Positions 1-13,565 of a stretch of DNA of 64,000 nt are shown here, one piece after another. Within the stretch, counting starts at the first letter, position 1. Each line of letters begins with the position of its first letter. Both the position numbers and the translations under genes were made by a program. Location: assembly GCF_002113885.1 (NCBI RefSeq), contig NW_018406415.1:2348239-2412238 (forward strand), in the 5' to 3' direction. The notes below the pieces were generated by a model. The model made no database searches. It was given only the letters and a program-made list of their open reading frames with translations, and was not told the origin of the DNA. This DNA comes from Mizuhopecten yessoensis (lineage: Eukaryota).

Positions 1-166
1 TTGAGGCCATAGTGGTTAATTTTCTTCTCACCATTAATATCTACATATTAACATATAACCTGTGCATTTAAATATATCCAAGGTAATTGTTTTTGTGCCC
101 TTGCACAATCCCAAAGTCGTTTGTAGTCTTACACTTAAACCATCTCAAGCTCATTTGCAGTCTTAC

Positions 167-3100
167 CCTTTCATTGAGCCTTTGGTGTTTCTCTTCTTCT
201 ATGGCACTGGTCTGCCTCAACTCCTGCAGGTCAGAAGTCAACCTGGCCACGTTCTCCTCAAGCTCTGTAATGATTGGTCAGTCAAAACAGGAACTTAATT
301 AACATATGCTTTCGTGATTTCGTGATTTCTCTGATTTGTGCAAGTTATTTCCCTTTATTTATAGAATAATGTTTGATAAGCGTTGTCCCATAATTAATCT
401 TAACTTGAGTCTTTTCAATGTGTGCATTTTTGTGCCTACAAATGTGTCATCAATTCTTGTATACCTTTTAAATTTGTCATCAATCATGTGTACCTATCAA
501 ATGATTCATCAATTTTTGTGTACCTAACAAATACATCATCCACTATAAAAGACATTCTTTATATTTCTTAGTATGCCTTTTAGAAATCGAGATGCAGATC
601 AAAGTAAAGTAGCATATCTTTTCAAAGTGACAATGCAAGTGAACTTCCATCAAGTAAAAATTGGACTATAATATTCTTATTATGATATTGTAAGCCACTA
701 AATTATTCTGTAACATATTGATATCTTTTCTGATTGCGTTTCAGATGACATAATTGTGATACTTTTAAATTTGTATTCAGTTTAGGATTTTTTGGCAAGT
801 TAATTAAAAAATAAATCTCACAAACTGGTCGACATTGCATCGAGAATAAATAATTTTAATAAAAGTCACTTCATGTGTGTCAATGAATATGACTGGAAAT
901 AATGTTGAACGTACATAACATTAAACCGAAGATTGGTTTGACATTTCCCCATGTTACCTTCAATAGTTTCATTGAGCTCAGCTGTGTGCTTTTTATACGA
1001 GTCGACATCAGATTTCATGTCTGAGTCATCAAGCGGAAGGTCGCGGACATCCATCTTGGCCATAATCATGTTGGACTGACGTTTCAGTTCCTTGTTCTGA
1101 ACGTTGATCTACACGAACAAACATAAATTGAAAGACTCCAGTCTTTTTCAGTATTACTGGGTACATTTACTAATTTTACAGCTAGGTAGACTGAAACAAT
1201 TGGAGTGTCATTATATGCTGCAGATTCTTCCAGCACTGTTCAATAATAAACAACAATGCAGGCTGCCATGACCACTCAATATTTATTCTGTGCTAGCTTG
1301 ACCCAATTTTATAAATGGTGCCGATCGACACATCATCAAAAAGAATACTTTACATTTTCTCTCAAAAACCATGATTCATTATTTTGAAAAAATGTCCTTT
1401 TAAACTATGTACAGAATTACATTTGGTAAATCTAATGATCAAGTGATTTTCAGGTCTAATTTATTTAAATTTCTTTTTCGAATTTTACAAAAAGTAGACT
1501 GTATTTGTTATTTCAACAAGACACAGATGCACAGTATTGTATGTATGATGTTTTGACATAGTTATCAAGTCCATGAAATTATATTTCCTGGTTGAGAGGG
1601 AAATGTGCATAACATACATGCGTAGCAAAATTTTCCGCCTTCATTCTGCATTTCATTTCTATTTCGAACTTGATCTTCATCTTTTCATATTCTTGAATCG
1701 CAGGCTCTATCACTGAAAACAATATAGACACATACAACAATGACTTGTTTTCCTTTTAGGTAAACTGACATTTTTCAAGACATATTCTGATAACAGTGAA
1801 ATTAATAATTTCAAAATGAATTTTGTTACACTAATTTTTGTCATGTACCTGGTTACCATGCTAACTGTTGCCATGGTTACCATGGTAACCATATTTCTTA
1901 TGTATTGCTACCATGGTAACTGCTGTCATGGTTACCTACATATGTCATGGTAACTGTTGTCTTGGTAACTAACGTCTTTATAACTGGTTGTATGAAGCTT
2001 GTCACAGAATTTTTTACTGCTTTGGTAAAATTTAGCATTGAGACTAGTGTCACAATATTTGTCATGACAACAGCTATCATGGAACCTGGAGTTCTGATTT
2101 TTTTTTTATTGTCATGGTTACTTTGCTTTTGTAACAGTTCCCACGATTTGTTACTAATAATTTTATCGTTATTATTATTATCGTAACAGATTTGAATAGA
2201 AATTGGTATCATCCTGTAACTAACGTCATGGTAACTGGTAATTGCTAAATTGTCATGTTGACCAGTGTCCAGCTAACTCACACTTCTTCATTTGTCCCAT
2301 CTGCTGTTCCCTCTCCTTCAGTCGGGAGCTGACAGTCTTGCACTGAAAACATGAACAGAACTAATTTTATATGAGCCTTTTGTATAAAGTTTTGAGTAGC
2401 TTTATATAAGTCTGAATGTCTGAGTGTTGTTTTGTAACATCCTGAGGAAAGGCATGCTGAAAAACTTATATAATTTGTGCATCTTTTTAGTGCTGGAATA
2501 AAGGTTGAAGTTTGAGTTGTGAATTTGCATAGCTAACAGTTATTTTAATTTAATTTTTACAAGCAAAATATTTGACTGGCAATATCTGCCATCTTAGAAA
2601 GAATGGGTAGGTTAATTAATTGTTGCGAGAATGATTCATAGATGTAGTGATGCATGACCTCCTGCAAACACAATAGAACGCATACACTACACACATGGAG
2701 GCACGTCCTTAAATGACCATAGCTGTTAATAGGACGTTAAACTAAATTAAACTAAACCAAACCAAACCTTGTTGAAATGATTTTGTTTGCATCAACGGCC
2801 TCCCTAATAATGTAAAATTACTAAATCTGGCCCATGTTTCACAAATATTCCTTCCACTGGAAATTCCTTTTACTCATTCACCCCTGAAGATACATTTAAA
2901 CTCTTCCAATTCAAAGGTTGGAATAGTTCATTATAAAAATTTCAGGGGTGATTCGGGTGAATGAGTTGATAAGACTTTCTATAGAAAAGCATTACATTTT
3001 TACTGAAATTGGTAAAGTTTGCTTACCCTGATACCTTAACTTTTTTTCCTTAACTCAATCCAATGACACTTTAAAATGTTAAAAAACTTGAACTAAGTAA

Positions 3101-6100
3101 TTTTCTGATAAGAAGTTGTTGAAACTTTTACAGGGCCAGAACTTAAGCACTTATATGCATCAAAACCTCTTTTTTTTTACCACAGCTTGACAAGTCAAAA
3201 ATTAAATTTTAACAAAGTAAAATTCCAAAAGTAAGAGTTGTTCTTTTGCAGAACTTGATTTCTATAATACAAAAAGTACCCAAAACAAGCTAGCAGGTAC
3301 CGTTGAATCCTGTTGATTTCTAACCATAAAGTTTCACACATAGTGTGGCTGAGCGTAAAGTAAATCTGGAACAAAGGAACATGTGTACCATATTTACCCT
3401 AATAACCAACCAAGGTGCTAAGCATTTAGGGAAATTTAGCAGGTGAATGCAGAGTCTTCCAAAATGTTCAAAATATTGACAAAAATATTTTTAAATCGGT
3501 AAACTATTGTGAAGAAATAGAACGCTTGGACAAGAAAGGAGGCAGTAATAAAGAATGGGGTCCTTATTAGGTTAAATATATCGAGAATACCTCATCTAAA
3601 AAGTGATGTTTTATCCCAGAGAGATTCGTTATATTGACGAATCTCAGAATTAATTACCTGGATAGCTCATTTATTTCAAAGTTGTTAAGGACGCCTGTCT
3701 CACTGCACTACCGTTTTACAGTTATCTCCCCTTAACTTCCGTTTGGATAAAACTGTAGCACATTTTGAGCTTGTACACTTCCGTTGTCCAGGTAGCTCAA
3801 ACGGTTTCAGCATTTGTATAACAATCTGAACCCCAGGGTTCGAATCCTGGCCCAGCCCCGCCGAATATTTTAAACTCAGAACATGTTTTTTGCTTATATT
3901 TGGTTTATTTCATCTCCATTGTGTTTTCATAACCATGTCTTCTGTACCAAGGGTAATGATTCATTCCAAAATTTTGTTTTATAAGGCATTTACAAAAAGT
4001 CCATTTTAAAATGTTGGTGTCTTACAAATAAATTGTTAAATGTCAGATTTCCTAAAAATGTGTACCTGCTCCTCTGTCGCCTTCAATTTCTTATACAGTT
4101 CGTCATACTGAATCACAACTGTAAACAGAAACAAAGTAAACAAATCATTATTGACAAATATCAAATTCTGAAAGAAAAAAAAATTGAAATAGTGATTATT
4201 GTTTTTTATTTTTTATTTTTTATTTTTATTTTTCAAGATTTTTCAGAACATGTACATTCTACAAAACATCACATCAACACACATCCACACATTCACACAT
4301 ATCAACTAAATAGTGATTATTAATAAGAAGAACTGTTAGAGAACAGCATAGCTTGCCTATTGGTGATATATGTTGTGAGATAGCAAATACCAATAGAAAC
4401 ACATATACAGTAAAACCTTGATATAATGCCCATCATTTCATTTGCCACCTCGCTTACCGCCAACAAATTTCAAGATCCCTTAATTATGTTTTTCTTAATA
4501 ATTCCTTTATACACTTCCCTCAATTTATTGCCAAACCCCTTTATAATGCCAATATTTCTTTGAACAAATGATGGCAATATAACAAGGTTTTGCTGTACCC
4601 TAACATGTTGTACATTTCAAAAGAAAGATGACCTGACAACGTGAGATAGTCAACAGCGAATTGATGGTCGTGACTGATCCAACACTGCACATGCAGTCTT
4701 GCCAAAAAACTTTAAACATTTAAGTCCAATAAACCAGTTTTTGCCCCTAAAATATGAAAATGTGGTTCAGCTCATGGCTAACACTCCAGATAAATACTTC
4801 AACCTTATAACAGACAACAGCCTATTGATATTGGTGGTCCAACACAGCACAAAAAAACTTGCTCAAAAACTTTATCCAAGTCCAATTAAGCTATTTTTGG
4901 CCCCTAAAGTTTGAAAATATGGTCCAACACATTGCTTATACCCCATATAAATACTTCAACCTTATAATAGACAACAGCCTATTGATGGTGGTTGTCCAAC
5001 ACTTCACAAAAACAATTGCCCAAAAACTGTAGCCTCAAGCTTGCCCCAAAACTTTAACCAAGTCCAATTAAGTTGTTTTTGGCACCTAAAATACGAAAAT
5101 ATGGTCCAGCACATTGCTTTCACTTGATATAAATACCTCAACCTTGTAACAGACAACAGTGTATTGAGTGTGATGATCCAACACTGTCTGGGAAAAAACT
5201 TGCTCAAAACTTTAACCTCAGTGAAGTGGGACACCGACGCAGACACAGAGGTGACTACATTTGCCCACCTATTCTCTGAATAGACGAGCAAAAAAGTATA
5301 ATTTTTCTGTGACTTTTATTTAAATTGTTTTTTACAATGGTAAACTAGAAATTGAAAAAGGGTTTATTTAAAAAACAACGAAATAAAACATTTAGTTTTA
5401 ATAATATAAGGAAACTGCACCCAACACCTCCTGTTTTCACCAGTGATTCAATGTAATCAATATCACTGAGGATAAGTTTTGGAAACAAATTTGGGACATT
5501 TTACATTCAGGAAAATCAACAGTAACAAATACTGTTACCGGTATCAATTAAAAAATCTAAACATTAAAAAATCAATATAGGTTCACTAAATTGACTTCCT
5601 CATATGATATTGTCAAACAGCAGAACTGCCTAGTCACAAAGATATCTATGACATCATTTGATTATTTGAATTTCTGCCAAGTTTGACTGGCATAAGTTTA
5701 TTTATTTTTATCATCATAAATATTATCAATCAATCTGTTTAAAACAATTTATTTTTGCTTTTATCAGGGAACCAGTGCATCCTGGATCCACCCACTTAGA
5801 TATATGGGTTTTAAAATGTCATATGGGTAAGTCTCCCTACCTGTAATAATTATCTTCACTTAATAAACTTAAATTCAACTTTACATGATTGGTATCAATG
5901 TGGACATTTCTGTGGACTTTTCATATTTGTTGTCAATTATTAAGTTTACATTACATCTTCCACATATAGAATATTCATTATGTATATACATATATTGCGT
6001 TAAGTATGGGGTGGGGTGGGGGGAGAATTTTATTACTTTTCTAAAACATAAATCACTATTTTGATTTATCAAAATTGTCGTAATCCCATAGGATCATTGT

Positions 6101-8092
6101 ACGATTACCTAGTGAGATCCTTTAATGTTTACAAATAATAGCAGTGATGATGATGATATTATGCTGACAATGAAAATGATTGTGATGATGCTAAATCCAT
6201 GTCCGTGTGTGTATATGTGAGAATGCGTGAATGTCCTGTTTATGTATGTGTATATATTATGAAAAACTTAGAAAAATAAAGCCATTTTTTTTTTATATAA
6301 TAATAGCAGGGCATTTATATATCTATCCATCGTTTACTTTCCTAGTGATAATAAAAAGTATCGGGGGGGGGGGGGGGGGGGCAAAACCTGTGAAGATACT
6401 TCACTTGATAGTGTTTTCAAGTCACTGGCAGTGTTTTATACTATTTAAAGATATCATAAATAGCATACATGTATATTTATCATTATATCATGGGACAGCA
6501 AATATAATGAAAATAACAATGGAAAAATATTTTTGTACAATTTTTAAAACAAAAGATCTCTTAGCACGAAATACTATTAGCAAAAAACAAAACATATGTT
6601 TCAGGTATACCCAGACCAACCCTAGCAATATTATTCACTCAAATACACATAAATGTCCAATTTGAATGTGCCGTAAAATCCTAACTTTATGACAACTGTC
6701 TATTTCATGGCCTATGTTTGGTGATTTTTGTAATTTATTAATTTCTTTATTAGCCCCCACTGAAAAAATATGAAAAATACTCATAGACGTATGATATCAA
6801 AATATTAGCTTTTATTATAGGCCTCTGATTTACTTATGTTGTAAGTATTTTGCAGTAAGCGTTTCCTTTTTACACTGACAAAAATCCTTACATAAATATA
6901 CTGCCGTACCACATTCTCATTGTACTAGCCCAAGCCTTGGATCATTTGTTCTAGAATAAAAATAAACTGAAGTAGAGTAACTATTTCCTGTTCTGCACAC
7001 CTAAAACACTTCTTTGTAGAGTTTCTTTTCTGAAGGTAGCTACAAATTGCCATTAGCGTGAAGTGACAGGAGCACCTCCCCTCCCCTTGGGACACAGCTC
7101 CCCTACCCCCAGGGGGAACACGATAACACCAGATATCCGTGTTGTGAAGTGTTAGAAGAAATTGATAAGTGGATAAAAGCAGAGACCTATATATATAGTA
7201 TTGTAATGTAGGGCTCAGATAAAATGGTGTCAAAGTTTGAACACTGAAGACATCATCCAGATAACACAAGGACCTACCCTTAGATAACACCTGAAGAAAT
7301 ATTAAAGTAATAGTGAATCTGCGAGGACCTACCCTTAGATAACACCTACAGAAATATTGAAGTAATAGCGAATCCACAAGGACCTACCCTTAGATAACAC
7401 CTACAGAAATATCAAAGTAATAGTATATCTGTCATCAGTGTTTGACTATGAAAATAGTTATTATAATCCATTAAACCTTTCCCTTAAAAAATAAATATTC
7501 TGCATTATAAAATTTATAAATTCAATTTTAATTTAGCTGATACCTGTCTATAACTAACACCTGCCTATAACAACCACCTGTATATCAGTAAAACCTTGTC
7601 TGTATTAACCACCTGTCTATAGCTGCCATCATATACCTGCCTATAAAAACCGCCTATCACAACACATATTCCGCTTTTATTTTTGCTTTTTCAATCACAG
7701 GGACCTAATGATGACAAGATAGACTTTACTTTAGGACTTTTCATTCCATTTTTTTTTAATATTATATAATAATAAATAAAAAAAAAATATCCATCTAAAA
7801 TATTTATTTATTATAGAAAAACAACGTTGGGGCTTCTCTGCTGGCCTAAAACAAGTGATATGGGTCATTTCCACGCCCATGTCGGAAATCATTATGAATG
7901 AGGGCCCTTGACAAATAGAACTATCAACACCCTGTCAAACCGTTTCCTGGCCTAGTGAAGGGGGCGGGGCACTGAAACTTGCTAAAACAATACGCGATGA
8001 AACATACCGATAATTAAAATTAAATTACCTTTTGCTGAGAGTTCCTTCAGATGTTTATACTGAAAACATTGGGAGCAGCTCGCGTCGGCCAT
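167..8092 (-). CDS. SHTN1: Shootin-1-like coiled-coil protein, 5' part (6 coding exons; gene continues past the left edge)
   Basis: Exons 8029-8092 (ATG at 8092), 4066-4118, 2282-2342, 1618-1712, 958-1108 and 167-264, all GT-AG with consistent phases (1,0,1,0,1,0). Spliced peptide MADASCSQCFQYKHLKELSAKVVIQYDELYKKLKATEEQCKTVSSRLKEREQQMGQMKKLIEPAIQEYEKMKIKFEIEMKCRMKAENFATHINVQNKELKRQSNMIMAKM... resembles recalled vertebrate Shootin-1 (EIEKTCRESAEALATKLNKENKTLKRISMLYMAKL). Confidence 0.85.
2655..2768 (+). mobile_element. 3' fragment of Meta-type tRNA-derived SINE
   Basis: Tail ccttaaatgaccatagctgttaataggacgttaaa(ctaaa/ccaaa)n matches the reverse complement of the SINE ends at 35231 and 55136. 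Confidence 0.7.
2873..2965. mobile_element. ~83-bp piggyBac-like MITE, nested in a Harbinger-like MITE remnant at ~2829-3137
   Basis: TIR CTCATTCACCCCT/AGGGGTGAATGAG; same family as 47008, 47912 and 55028. Confidence 0.65.
3788..3858 (+). mobile_element. tRNA-derived SINE head / tRNA pseudogene
   Basis: A-box TAGCTCAAACGG and B-box GGTTCGAATCC with a T-arm, but no proper acceptor stem; a related head lies at 50161-50230. Confidence 0.5.
4408..4595. mobile_element. Tc1/mariner-type MITE
   Basis: TA|CAGTAAAACCTTG.TATA ... TATAACAAGGTTTTGCTG|TA: TIRs with a TA duplication. Confidence 0.7.
4620..5295 (+). mobile_element. Helentron-associated (HINE/pearl-like) non-autonomous element with ~160-180 bp internal tandem repeats
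   Basis: Core repeats start at 4699, 4859, 5041 and 5200; GACGC remnant, 3' stem-loop (cctattc-tct-gaatagacgagc) and A-run end. Confidence 0.6.
7255..7428. repeat. 55-bp tandem repeat x3
   Basis: ggacctacccttagataacacct.. recurs at 7270, 7325 and 7380. Confidence 0.85.
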
Positions 8093-8587
8093 ATTTATAG
8101 GTGTCGGTCGTAACTTGATCTCATACACACACGGAAATAATATCAGCAAGTTGTAGGTGACAATTTCTGTTCCGTCCTCTGAAAATATATGTGTATATGT
8201 AAGAATGTTATGTAAATTCGACTGATTATGAAGTCATACACCTCACTAAGTAAGTGTAATATGTGTTTACCTCGTACTTACCGGTGGTCAAGTACGAACA
8301 GTAGATATGTGTATGACAGCCGAACTGTCGAAAGGAAGTTTAAACCCGGAAGTGTGCCTTAATTTTCTGTCGCATCGCTAATACACATGGGACCGTCTAT
8401 TTATAGAGCGGGGTTTGTGACGACAGGAAGCCTAATCAAATAGTAGCAGAGGCGCTCGGATCAATACCTGGTCGATTCGGCGATATAGGCCTATGTGACA
8501 AGATCGGAGATCAAAGAGGTTATAATTGAACACGGATCGACTTATACAATGTTAATTCCGTGGTTTGAACATATATATGCAGTGTAC

Positions 8588-8690
8588 CACAGGGACATGT
8601 GAATATTGTACAGCTATATTATTTGAACCTAAACACAGCTATATTAGTTTAGGTCCAAATATAGCTATAACAAATGGTCATGTCCCTGTG
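8588..8690. mobile_element. CACAGGGAC-TIR MITE (P-superfamily-like)
   Basis: Inverted termini CACAGGGACATG / CATGTCCCTGTG with the family subterminal motif acagctatatttggacctaaa. Confidence 0.7.
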
Positions 8691-9208
8691 CAGTCAACTT
8701 CGCGAGCCACGGGTATTGAACACCCTTGACTCGCGAAGTTGCTGTGCTGTGTACCACAGACAAGATGATATTAAAAATCCTGTCGGTATTTATAATAAAT
8801 TATTAATAATAACAGTAATATAAAAATTACGCTGTAATTAATATGCTTTAAATGTGTTTATGCATATTATAGGAATGTTATATATATTACTATTATAATA
8901 AGCAGATTTCCAGACTCCTGTGAATGTACGGGGAAATTACGAGCCTGGTGGAAATTCTGAGACATCAAATTGGATGAAGGACTAACTATGGGTAGAGATT
9001 AAACTTGAAACGGGTGGCGGTTCGAATGATTTACATAAACAAATTAAGCGAGGTATAAAAAAAATGTCTTCAAAATCTTCGACAGCTTTTTATAATTTGT
9101 CCAGCACGCAGTATTTTTCCAATATCATTTATGAAAACTCGACATTTTTTCAGGAAACAGTACACTGGGCTTTGCGCCCGCAACTGTAAGCACAAGGCGG
9201 ACATCCTC

Positions 9209-9284
9209 CATCCTCGATATCCGGGGGTTACGCTCACTTACCCTAGAGAGCGTACGTGAGCGTAACCCCCGGATATCGAGGAGG
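9209..9284. mobile_element. CATCCTCG hairpin mini-element, copy 1
   Basis: catcctcgatatccgggggttacgctcac...gtgagcgtaacccccggatatcgagg inverted repeat. Confidence 0.7.
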
Positions 9285-9638
9285 AGTTTCCTCTGGCCTT
9301 AACACCTTGACATATAAATGTCTGATACAACAGACATCTACATGTCTAAATGTCTAAGTCTGGTGTTAGGGCAAAAGGAAACTCGGGCTTGTAGTATGTA
9401 GGCCCTATGTCTATCGATATCCGATTATAGATAAATGTGTGTGTGAAAATGTATTTGGATATTTGGACCATGTGCTTGGTCGAAACGGAATGAACAGAGG
9501 GACGTTACTAGCACGGGGAGTGATGAACCATTGAACAGATTGAAGCGGACAGATTATCACTAGTTCCGTTCCGTTTGCATGAAGAAAGAGCAACCACATG
9601 GTCCGATATCATTTATATTACATTTAGAGGGTGTGTGA

Positions 9639-9709
9639 CATCCTCGATAACCAGGGGTTACGCTCACGTACAGACCATAAGTGAGCGTAACCCCTGGATA
9701 TCGAGGATG
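9639..9709. mobile_element. CATCCTCG hairpin mini-element, copy 2, ~9-bp TSD
   Basis: Same inverted repeat; flanks ggtgtgtga / ggggtgtga (8/9 match). Confidence 0.75.
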
Positions 9710-10119
9710 GGGGTGTGAATAAGTGAACGCATGCACGACAACATTCAGCTACTTTATTTGTAAAGTAATTTTTAGTGTGCCATCTTCATCTTGTATTTTT
9801 ATTTTTTATTTTTTTATTGCAATTATTTATGAAAAGGGCTTTAAGTAGTATAATAACTTGTGCCAAATATATTCAAATCACAAAAATATCTCGTACCAAT
9901 CATCTTAGTTAGCTCAGAAACCACAAAAAGAGCGTCGCAATTTCCTCATCGCGGTATCGTGACGTCACATTATTATTGTAAGGTAGAATTTCTTACACGC
10001 CTTTCTAACTTTGGACAATTTTGCCATACACGTCACGCATAAGAATGAGATAAAGAAAACTCGTACACCCCCTTTCTTACCCCGGAGAGTTCCGACATCC
10101 ACTTACCGCACCTGGTACC

Positions 10120-10287
10120 CACAGGGACTTGAGAATAAGCTAGTTATATTTGGACCTAAACCGAGGTGTTCAGAGTACTTTTACACGTTTTAAGAGTTTA
10201 TATCAATTTTGGTAAAAATGCTTCCCCATTGATGATATTATACTCGTAGGTCTAAATATAGCTGTAACAAATGATCAGATCCCTGTG
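10120..10287. mobile_element. CACAGGGAC-TIR MITE with 8-bp TSD
   Basis: CTGGTACC|CACAGGGAC...ATCCCTGTG|CTGGTATC; termini fit the P-superfamily CANRG motif. Confidence 0.75.
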
Positions 10288-10604
10288 CTGGTATCCCGGT
10301 AAGTACGGTACAGACCCTGTGCTGGTATCCCGGTAAGTACGGTACAGAATAAGCCGGATGGTGCGGATAAAATGTCTCGAAAGCAAAACACTCCTTTTTA
10401 TTTCATAATGTTTGGAAAACTTAACAGGGAATGAATGCATTAGAAAATTCTGTTTAATTTTTACCTATATAAAATATGAAACAAAACATTGCAGATATTT
10501 TTGAATAATCACAGCTTACATGCAACTTATTCTTGACTTGTGCTTATATATAAACCAGTCACTTGAACCGAGGAGTGTGGGCCTGGCTTCTGTGTACTGG
10601 GAAA

Positions 10605-11666
10605 ACTAAAACTAAAATTGTCGTGTTTAGAAATGGAGGGATATTAAGGGGAAATGAAATATGGGTTTACGAAGGAAATACATTGGACGTATTGATCAAT
10701 TCAATTACCTGGGTGTACTATTGAATTTTAATGGAAAATTTAGACAAACTCAAAAGCAATTTGCTGACCAGGGGAGAAAAGCATTGTTTGCATTATTAAA
10801 TATTTATACGAAAAATTATTTTAATATAGAAACTCAATTGTCTGTTTTTGATACTTATGTAAATAGTGTTTTAAGTTATGGAGCAGAAGTTTGGGGGATC
10901 CATGCATGCCGCACCAGATAACGAAAAATTGCATGTGAGATTCTGCAAACAAATATTAGGATTACATAAAATAAACTAGTAATTTTATGGTGTATTATGA
11001 ATTTGGAAGATATCCCATGAAAATAGTTAGAAAATTACGTACATTCAAATATTGGATAAAACTGAGAAATGTAGGAAATTGTATTCTAAGGTCATGCTAT
11101 GATGATATGCTTTGTAATAATGACATTTGGTTAACGAGAGTAAAACAAGAATTATACAGAATTGGTCTTGGAAATGTGTGGGAATCTTCCAGTTTAAATA
11201 ATAACACTTTTTCATATTATAAAAGAATGTCTTTGTGACATATTCTCTCCTAAAGGAGCATTGTATCAATGTGTGTAATTTTGGTCACAAGTATTATTTA
11301 TCAAAACCTGTAAATATAAATTATCTAAAACAAATATGTAAAATTCAAATGTCTGCACATAAGTTAAATATTGAGTGTGGCAGATATAATAGAACTGAAA
11401 GACAAAACAGATTGTGTACAGTATGTGACCTGAATGATGTCAAGGATGAGTGCCATTTCATTTTAAAATGTCCTTGCTATATTGATACAAGGTTGAAACT
11501 AATAAAGAAATATTTTGTAAAACATACAAGCATGTATAGATTAATTGAACTACTTACTTGTGAGAATGTATCTGACGTTCGAAATCTTGGCAATTTTTTA
11601 ATACAAGCAAACAAAAGGAGATCTGAGCTGGTTAATGTTCACTCTCCAAGGTGTGTGTGGGTGTGA
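10605..11666 (+). mobile_element. 5'-truncated, frameshifted non-LTR retrotransposon (RT C-terminus + CCHC region; RTE-X/CR1-like)
   Basis: Broken ORFs contain KTKIVVFRNGG, FNYLGV, LSYGAEVWG, YEFGRYP and SAHKLNIECGRY..RLCTVC..DECHFILKCPCY; interrupted by stops and frameshifts. Confidence 0.85.
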
Positions 11667-11734
11667 GGGGTGTATGTGTGTGTGTGTCATATTGTATGTT
11701 GTCTTTGTATCATATTGTTCTGTATATAAATAAA

Positions 11735-11935
11735 ATAAAATAATAAATATACAACATTTGATATAGCGCCCTATCCAGCTAACATAAGCCACTCTAAAGC
11801 ACTTTACAGTACATATATATACAATTTTATACAGTCAATACTATTAGCATATATATATATAATATTAATCAATACAATATTGAGGAATTTGCAGGAGCTG
11901 TCTTATCAGGCGCTAACTACTAGTCCTATGCCACC
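11735..11935 (-). mobile_element. SINE/L2-type 3' tail fragment
   Basis: tt.atatagcgc...ctctaaagcactttaca resembles the reverse complement of L2-derived 3' ends. Confidence 0.4.
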
Positions 11936-13145
11936 TGGCTAATATCTGCCTATGTGTGTATGCCTGTGTGTGTGCTGGAGATGTATTGTGTTTTGAATAT
12001 ATGTTATAAGTGAAGAACTTGAACTTGTGTAAGTTTACATATTGTTACCGGTAACTATTGCAGTTTCTTTGTATATTTGTTGTTTTATTATTTGCCTTCA
12101 AGTTACTATGCAATGAGCAATAAAATTATTGAAATGAATGAATATGAAATTGTGTTACTGAAATGGACCAGTGTATAAGACAAGATCACAATATTTTCAT
12201 AAAGATGTGAAAATATCTTTATTAAGTGTATAATCCTTTTGGTAAGATTTCTAATATTCTGGTATTGTGATATTTGAACATTTGTTTAATCATCATATTT
12301 CTTAATGGCAAAACTCAGTGTTAAAATATGTAAAATCTGACATATTCAAATGATAATGCTTTATGCTACTTTCCTTACTTTGCGTATTCCGTACCGTACT
12401 GATCGCAGTGCCCGGTGTGCTCATCATAGGAATGGGAAAAAAGGTATTCCCACATTGGCCATCCATAAAAAAAAATACCGCCTAACATTGTAATGGTCAT
12501 TGTGGGAGGTTTAATATACTTGTATCATGAACAAAAAGTTTTTTCGGTGATCTTTTATATTTCTTATTCTAGTGAGATCAAAGAGAAAAAAGGTCGAGTT
12601 TCCAACAACGTTCCCCACATGTAACAAAAAGTTGCAATAGACTGGCCCCGTCTCTAGAATGTGCACGTTCTCAAACTAGGGGAGATAAGCTACTAAAATA
12701 AGTTGTAAATTTCTTCCGAATATAGGAATCGCACGTATCAATTTAACACAGGGACTGAGAATTTGTTACAACTTTGTTTGGACCTAATCTGAAGTGTTCA
12801 GAACACGTTTTAGGGCTTGCGAGAACGTAGGCGTGTCGAATTCCTGGAATTTCGGGAATGCCATTCCAAGGGAACCATATATTTCAATTTTCCTATGCGA
12901 TACATATCTTATCATAAACACTATTTCGTAGAATAATTTATTTTTGGATTGCTGCCCTTTTTCAGTCATATCGAGGAACAATCGTGATAGAGCTAGAAAC
13001 TGCAAAATACGGAATGGGACAAATTTTTCAACCCTTTTGTAACTATTTGAAGAGACCCAACTTGCTTCCTTTTGAAATTAAACTTGTTTGCTCAGTGGTT
13101 ATAACTTAAAAGAGGATGGACCGGTCATCAGTAATATATATCATG

Positions 13146-13565
13146 GTGGTCGAGTGGCGCAGTGGACAACGCACTCGCCTTTCAGGGGCGTTTCTAGGAT
13201 ATTTGAAAGAGGAATCAAATTTGGACCTTTTGTTTGCTAAAAAACTACGGATCACCCATCGGATGGGGGAATCGGTATAAAAAGAAATCAGAGTATGTGG
13301 TTAATTAATGAATATGATAAATTGCCTTATTCAATACGATATTAGTAGATTACGATAGGTTTTTTTGTTGTTTTATTGAAAATGGGGGGGGGGGGGGGGG
13401 GGGGGGGGGGTGCGTACGCCCATTACGCCCTCACCTGGACCTGCCCCTGCCTTTCACCAAGGCGGCCGGGGCTGGACTCGACGGTCGGACGTGAAAAGGA
13501 ATTGAGTTACCTGCCAGACAAAGTGGTTTTCTCCGTCTCTGGGTACTCCGATTTCTTCCAACAGT
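13146..13565 (+). mobile_element. tRNA-derived (V-type-like) SINE interrupted by a DNA-element insertion at 13184-13448
   Basis: A-box gtggcgcagtgg and body ttctcc..gggtactccgatttcttcc; insert AGGGGC...GCCCCT is flanked by duplicated GCCTTTC. Confidence 0.6.

Noticed and set aside
3788-3858. tRNA gene
   Set aside because: A and B boxes are present but the acceptor and anticodon stems do not pair; treated as SINE-derived.
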